Below are positions 57,882 to 64,000 of a stretch of DNA of 64,000 nucleotides, in pieces; position 1 is the first letter of the stretch, and each line of letters begins with the position of its first letter. Where the stretch lies: the NCBI RefSeq assembly GCF_009914755.1, contig NC_060933.1. The stretch is one strand, 5' to 3'. The notes under the pieces are model-generated. The model saw nothing but the letters and a program-made list of their open reading frames with translations. It made no database searches and had not been told where the DNA came from. The translations under genes were made by a program, and so were the position numbers. This DNA is from the human T2T-CHM13v2.0 reference genome, Homo sapiens.

Positions 57882-60197
57882 TTACAGAATGGGGTACTAA
57901 TAGTTTGTAACAGTTTTTAAACAATCCTGTTGTAGATTAATGATAGGGTATCAGACAGTAGAGGTAAACTTTGTAGCATATTGCATTTCTGATCAATGCC
58001 TACAGATTGATTTTTTTACAAAACTCCTCTGTTACACATGTAAGCGTCACAAGGAGCCTGAGTTTCTTTTGTTACAGATTTAAACAATATTCTAGCATAA
58101 CCCTGAGAAAGTAAATAATATTTGTGATAATTAATGGATTTTCTAGAAAACTAAATGGTGATGGTGAACTGCCAGGATCCCAAGGAAAAGGAATAGCTCT
58201 AGCAAAAAGGATCTGTAGAAAAGAGGAAAGCCTGGTACGCCTTCTGTCCCCATCTTATCCATAGGCTGACCAAGATAACACCTTGAATGTCACATTTACA
58301 AGCAAGTATTTTCTGGCCCGATAGCATCAAACATAAAGTCAATCCATCATTTGTCCTAAAGGAACAGCAACATTTGTTTACACTGGAGGAGTCACAAGTC
58401 TGAGGAGATTTTTCGATCAGAAATAACCTATCCTTAGACTGAGGTTGGTGAAGGAAGGCAGAAGTCTACGCTGTGTTTTTCTGATTGAACTTTGCACACA
58501 GAAGAGTCTTTTGAAATAAGCACTTCGATGTCAACAGCAGTTAATTCAGCAGGCACATGCTGTGGATTAGGGAGAACTAAGATAGGTGATTCTAACTGCT
58601 GCAACAGATGTTCTGGGAATATCAGAACCATTGGACTTCAGTGTCAAAGTGAAGCCAGGGACCATGGGAGAATCCTGGTGCCCCCAAAATCACAGAACGT
58701 CTTTTGATTCACTTCACTCTGGCCTTTCAGGGTGTTTCTCTACTCTATCGTGCCTCGATTAAGCCACATATTGGTTGAGTCACCTACCCTCCAATCCCCA
58801 AATGTAGCTGCCCAAATCAGATACCGTCACAGGTCATGGATGATAAGCATTTTAATGCATGCATCAGTGTGTGTCCTGTTTCTGTTACACTGAAGTACTT
58901 AAACAACAGTCATTGTGTTCTCTGCTGATGTGGATAGACTCTTACCTGGTCATAAATGTGTCCTTTATAATTGCTGTTACCTGAGGGCTTTCCATGAAGG
59001 CAACTTCAGCAATTAAAGTTACTTAGGTAGCAATCTCGGTTAAAGTGTGATGAACATTTAATTTAGAACAGTGTAGCTTCTTGGTTAGTTTGTGTTGATC
59101 TCCAACCTGGTATGTCAACTTGTTTCTCAGTGAGATGGAGAGGTTGAGAGTGCTGCCAAGAGGATGTTAACTATTTTATATGGTATCGTTCTACAAGGTT
59201 TGCAGCTACGTACTGAGGTAAAACAGCGTGAACACAGACAATTAAATAAAAGCATAAGAAAATGAAAATATATTTCCAAGATAGGAGGGCAAGTTGAGTG
59301 GGAACAATATGCAGCCACTGCCTGAAGGCGTTTGAAGAATGGGAATGGCGAGTCCTGGAAGATTTCCTGGGCCAACAACCTGAAGATTGCACCGCTGCGC
59401 AGAGCGCTCCTGGCCTCTGAAGCAGATGTTCTGGAGGCTGCTCTAGTAGTGGACAGACAGGTAAGGATGGTTTAAGCCAGCTTCCTGGAAAGTTCCAGGT
59501 CCAGCTTCTAAACGCTCTTCCCAAATTGATAATTCAAAGAGAGTCTGTAGAAACATTTAGGATTTAGGGAAACTACCGTCTGCGTTTATTTTTCTTCCCA
59601 CAAACTTTTAATAAGCAGCAACTATATTGGCCTGTTCCCGGTGGGGAAATAGGAAGGAAGGGGGAAAATGATGTCATAAGACACTGGCTGTGTGTCTCAG
59701 TTCCCTTGTGATTATTTTTGAGATGGAAACGACTGACTCAAGGGCAGAGGACAGGAGGCCCTCAAGCACTACAGTTTGCTGATTGGAAGTGATCAGCATT
59801 ACAAACCCGGTGCAAGGGCAACGGTGGGTCAGAGATGTGGGCTGAAGAGTCCTGGAAACAGAGGTCCTGGGCAGGGAAATCCGATATGGGGCTTTGAGTA
59901 ACCTCATGGGCATCTATGAAGAGACAGACAAAAATTAGTCTGTCCAGAGGAAGCGATGACTGATGGCATTTCTACCTGCACACAGTCTGGAAAAGAGTCG
60001 GCCCCACCCTGAGTCTTCCCACTCATCTCCTCTCACACATCAATCACCCTGTGTCCTAACCACGACAGCTGCTAAATCTTTAACTTAAGGGGGAAAAGAT
60101 TTGTTTTTAACTTAAGGAAGGAAAGTATTGTTTAAAATATGAGATGAAAGGAGGAATGACTATTCACTCTTCCTCTCCTAAAGACTTAGCCATTTTA

Positions 60198-60770
<573 letters not shown>

Positions 60771-61236
60771 GCAGAAATATTCAAAAATGAATGAACTATT
60801 TTGTATTACGAAAGGTCTGTATCCAAACAATCTATAGTTGGTTATTTGAAAAAACAAACAAAACTCCCCTAAAATATCAGAATTTCATTGCTTTTAAGAT
60901 AGAGATTGGATATTTTATCAAATATTTTATGATTATATTTTACTCACTCATGGCCTGATTCCTCAGAACATACAGTCAGCTAAATTGCCAATGACTTAAA
61001 CATTTGAAGTTAGGTTTGTTTTTGGTTGTTGTTGTTCATGCTGCAGGGCATAAATTCCTGTGTAATGTGTGCTCACGTATTCAGCTTTGTTTCAGATTAA
61101 ATGGAGCACTTCCTAATGGGTCAGTAGCCTGTGAATCCACTGCTTATGACAGTCATCACACTGTAGCTCCGTGTGAGGGCAGCCAAGTGTAAAACTAAGA
61201 TTCTCCACTAATATCTGTCTAGGGGAGATGTGAGAC

Positions 61237-61423
61237 AATGGCTTTTAAACTTCAGAGTATGTCGGAATTAACAGGAGGACTTACTAAAATACAGATTGCT
61301 GGGCCCCAGTTCTAGAGTTCCTAATTCAGTAGGTCTCAGGGGAGCCTGAGAATTTACATTTATAACAAATTCCCGTGTGGTGCTATCACTGCTCATTCAG
61401 GAACCGCACGTTAAAAACCAGTA
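61237..61423. mobile_element. MER5A (hAT-Charlie non-autonomous DNA transposon)
   Basis: aaaatacagattgctgggcccc...ttcagtaggtct..ggggagcctgagaatttacattt.taacaaattccc. Confidence 0.85.
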
Positions 61424-61697
61424 GAGAAAAGTGTGGTGCTGCATTTGTTGCTGCCGTATGTAAAACCTGTGAGGTAGCAAGTGAGGTGGTCATCACCACA
61501 CATAATGAAAACAGTTTCATAAAACTCACTAATGAATGGGTCCAGTTCTGTTACCCCTTAGGTCTAACTTTTATGGAAGAAACACAGACCTTGCCTTCTG
61601 ATGAATTGGCTGACTGCTGAACTAACTCACTGAGTCTTTCATTTACTTGGAAAATCATGATTGAACTTCATTGATCAGATGGGCATTCTACTTAACA

Positions 61698-62223
61698 CAG
61701 GGTGGACAAAAGTTTGGAAAAATAAACAAGTGTTTAATATATTTCACATATTAAGTTGCAATAACACTCATTGTTGATGAGCTAAGGGACACCACCTGGA
61801 GTGCTTCCCGCAGAAGATATACCACCCGTTCCTTCAAGGGAGGGAGGAACCAGATGGTTGGTAATTTCCAAAACTGAGATGGACAATGTAGCCCTGAGGA
61901 GTGGGCTGCATGCTCCTCAGCTCGGAACCCTCGTGATTACTTTCTCTGGAATATGCAAAAAGTGCGGGTTTATTCAATGAAAATCAGAGGCACCAATCAT
62001 CTGAGGCAATGTCTCAATGGGGAACATCTGAGGGGTTGATGAAGGTGTGTCTTAAGGCACCATGGTGACTGTAGTTTTGCACAGTATCTTGGACTTTTTG
62101 TTGCTATTGCAGATCAACACCATTACGTATCTCATGTCATGTAATATCACGAACTGGAATGGTGTATCAATAAATCACCTATTATGGATATTCCGTAATA
62201 TTTTCAGGTTTTGGGCCACCCCG
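61698..62223 (+). mobile_element. Tc1/mariner-type non-autonomous element (MARNA-like) with decayed transposase C-terminus
   Basis: Imperfect terminal inverted repeats cagggtggacaaaa / ttttgggccaccccg; from 61899 translates EWAACSSARNPRDYFLWNMQKVRVY (cf. WPARSPDLNPxDxFLWGxLKxxVY). Confidence 0.75.
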
Positions 62224-62481
62224 CAGAAGAGGATTCAATGAGCTCATGCTATCTTCCCTCTCAAAGGAGGTGGGCAGTAACGCAGAGCATTTGAATTTAA
62301 CGCTGAGCCTCTCATGAGAGGGGATACATGGGAAAAGAAGCTCTGTGAAAACTGGAGGTTACTGGGGCCAGATGAGGCTGTATTGCCATGATGGGGATGG
62401 ATGATTAGAAACAGTGCAGAGAAAGGGCCCTGACTGATTGGTGTTTCTGATTCCAAAAACATAAAACAAACATGGCAGGTT

Positions 62482-63955
<1,474 letters not shown>

Positions 63956-64000
63956 TTTTTTTCTTACAGTAAGCTTTTATTCATTTATGTTGCATAACCA

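Overview
Human (primate) genomic DNA, most likely intergenic or deep intronic. An AluYa5 with a perfect target-site duplication (TSD) points to human. No known protein-coding exon, RNA gene or CRISPR array was recognised; the ORF track is mostly Alu, L1 and LTR noise. About half the window is transposon-derived: roughly 28 Alu copies or fragments, two large decayed L1s (10.4-14.1 kb; 18.1-23.7 kb), several L1 3' fragments including two with 5' inversions, an internally deleted HERV9/LTR12 provirus (36.1-38.1 kb), a MER21-type ERV remnant, many MaLR/ERVL/ERV1 LTRs, MIR/L2 relics, a MER5A and a mariner-like element. The most interesting non-repeat signal is a tight cluster of three GGTGAGT donors and three pyrimidine-tract acceptors after a Kozak ATG at 45370-45839, a possible micro-exon transcript. 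Other findings are an L1PA2 whose 40-bp inverted 5' piece comes from ORF1, a template-switch hairpin at 26138-26205, an old local duplication (42.3 kb vs 44.2 kb), and three neighbouring Alus sharing rare variants. Subfamily names come from remembered consensus sequences, not from a search; boundaries are approximate unless a TSD is given.
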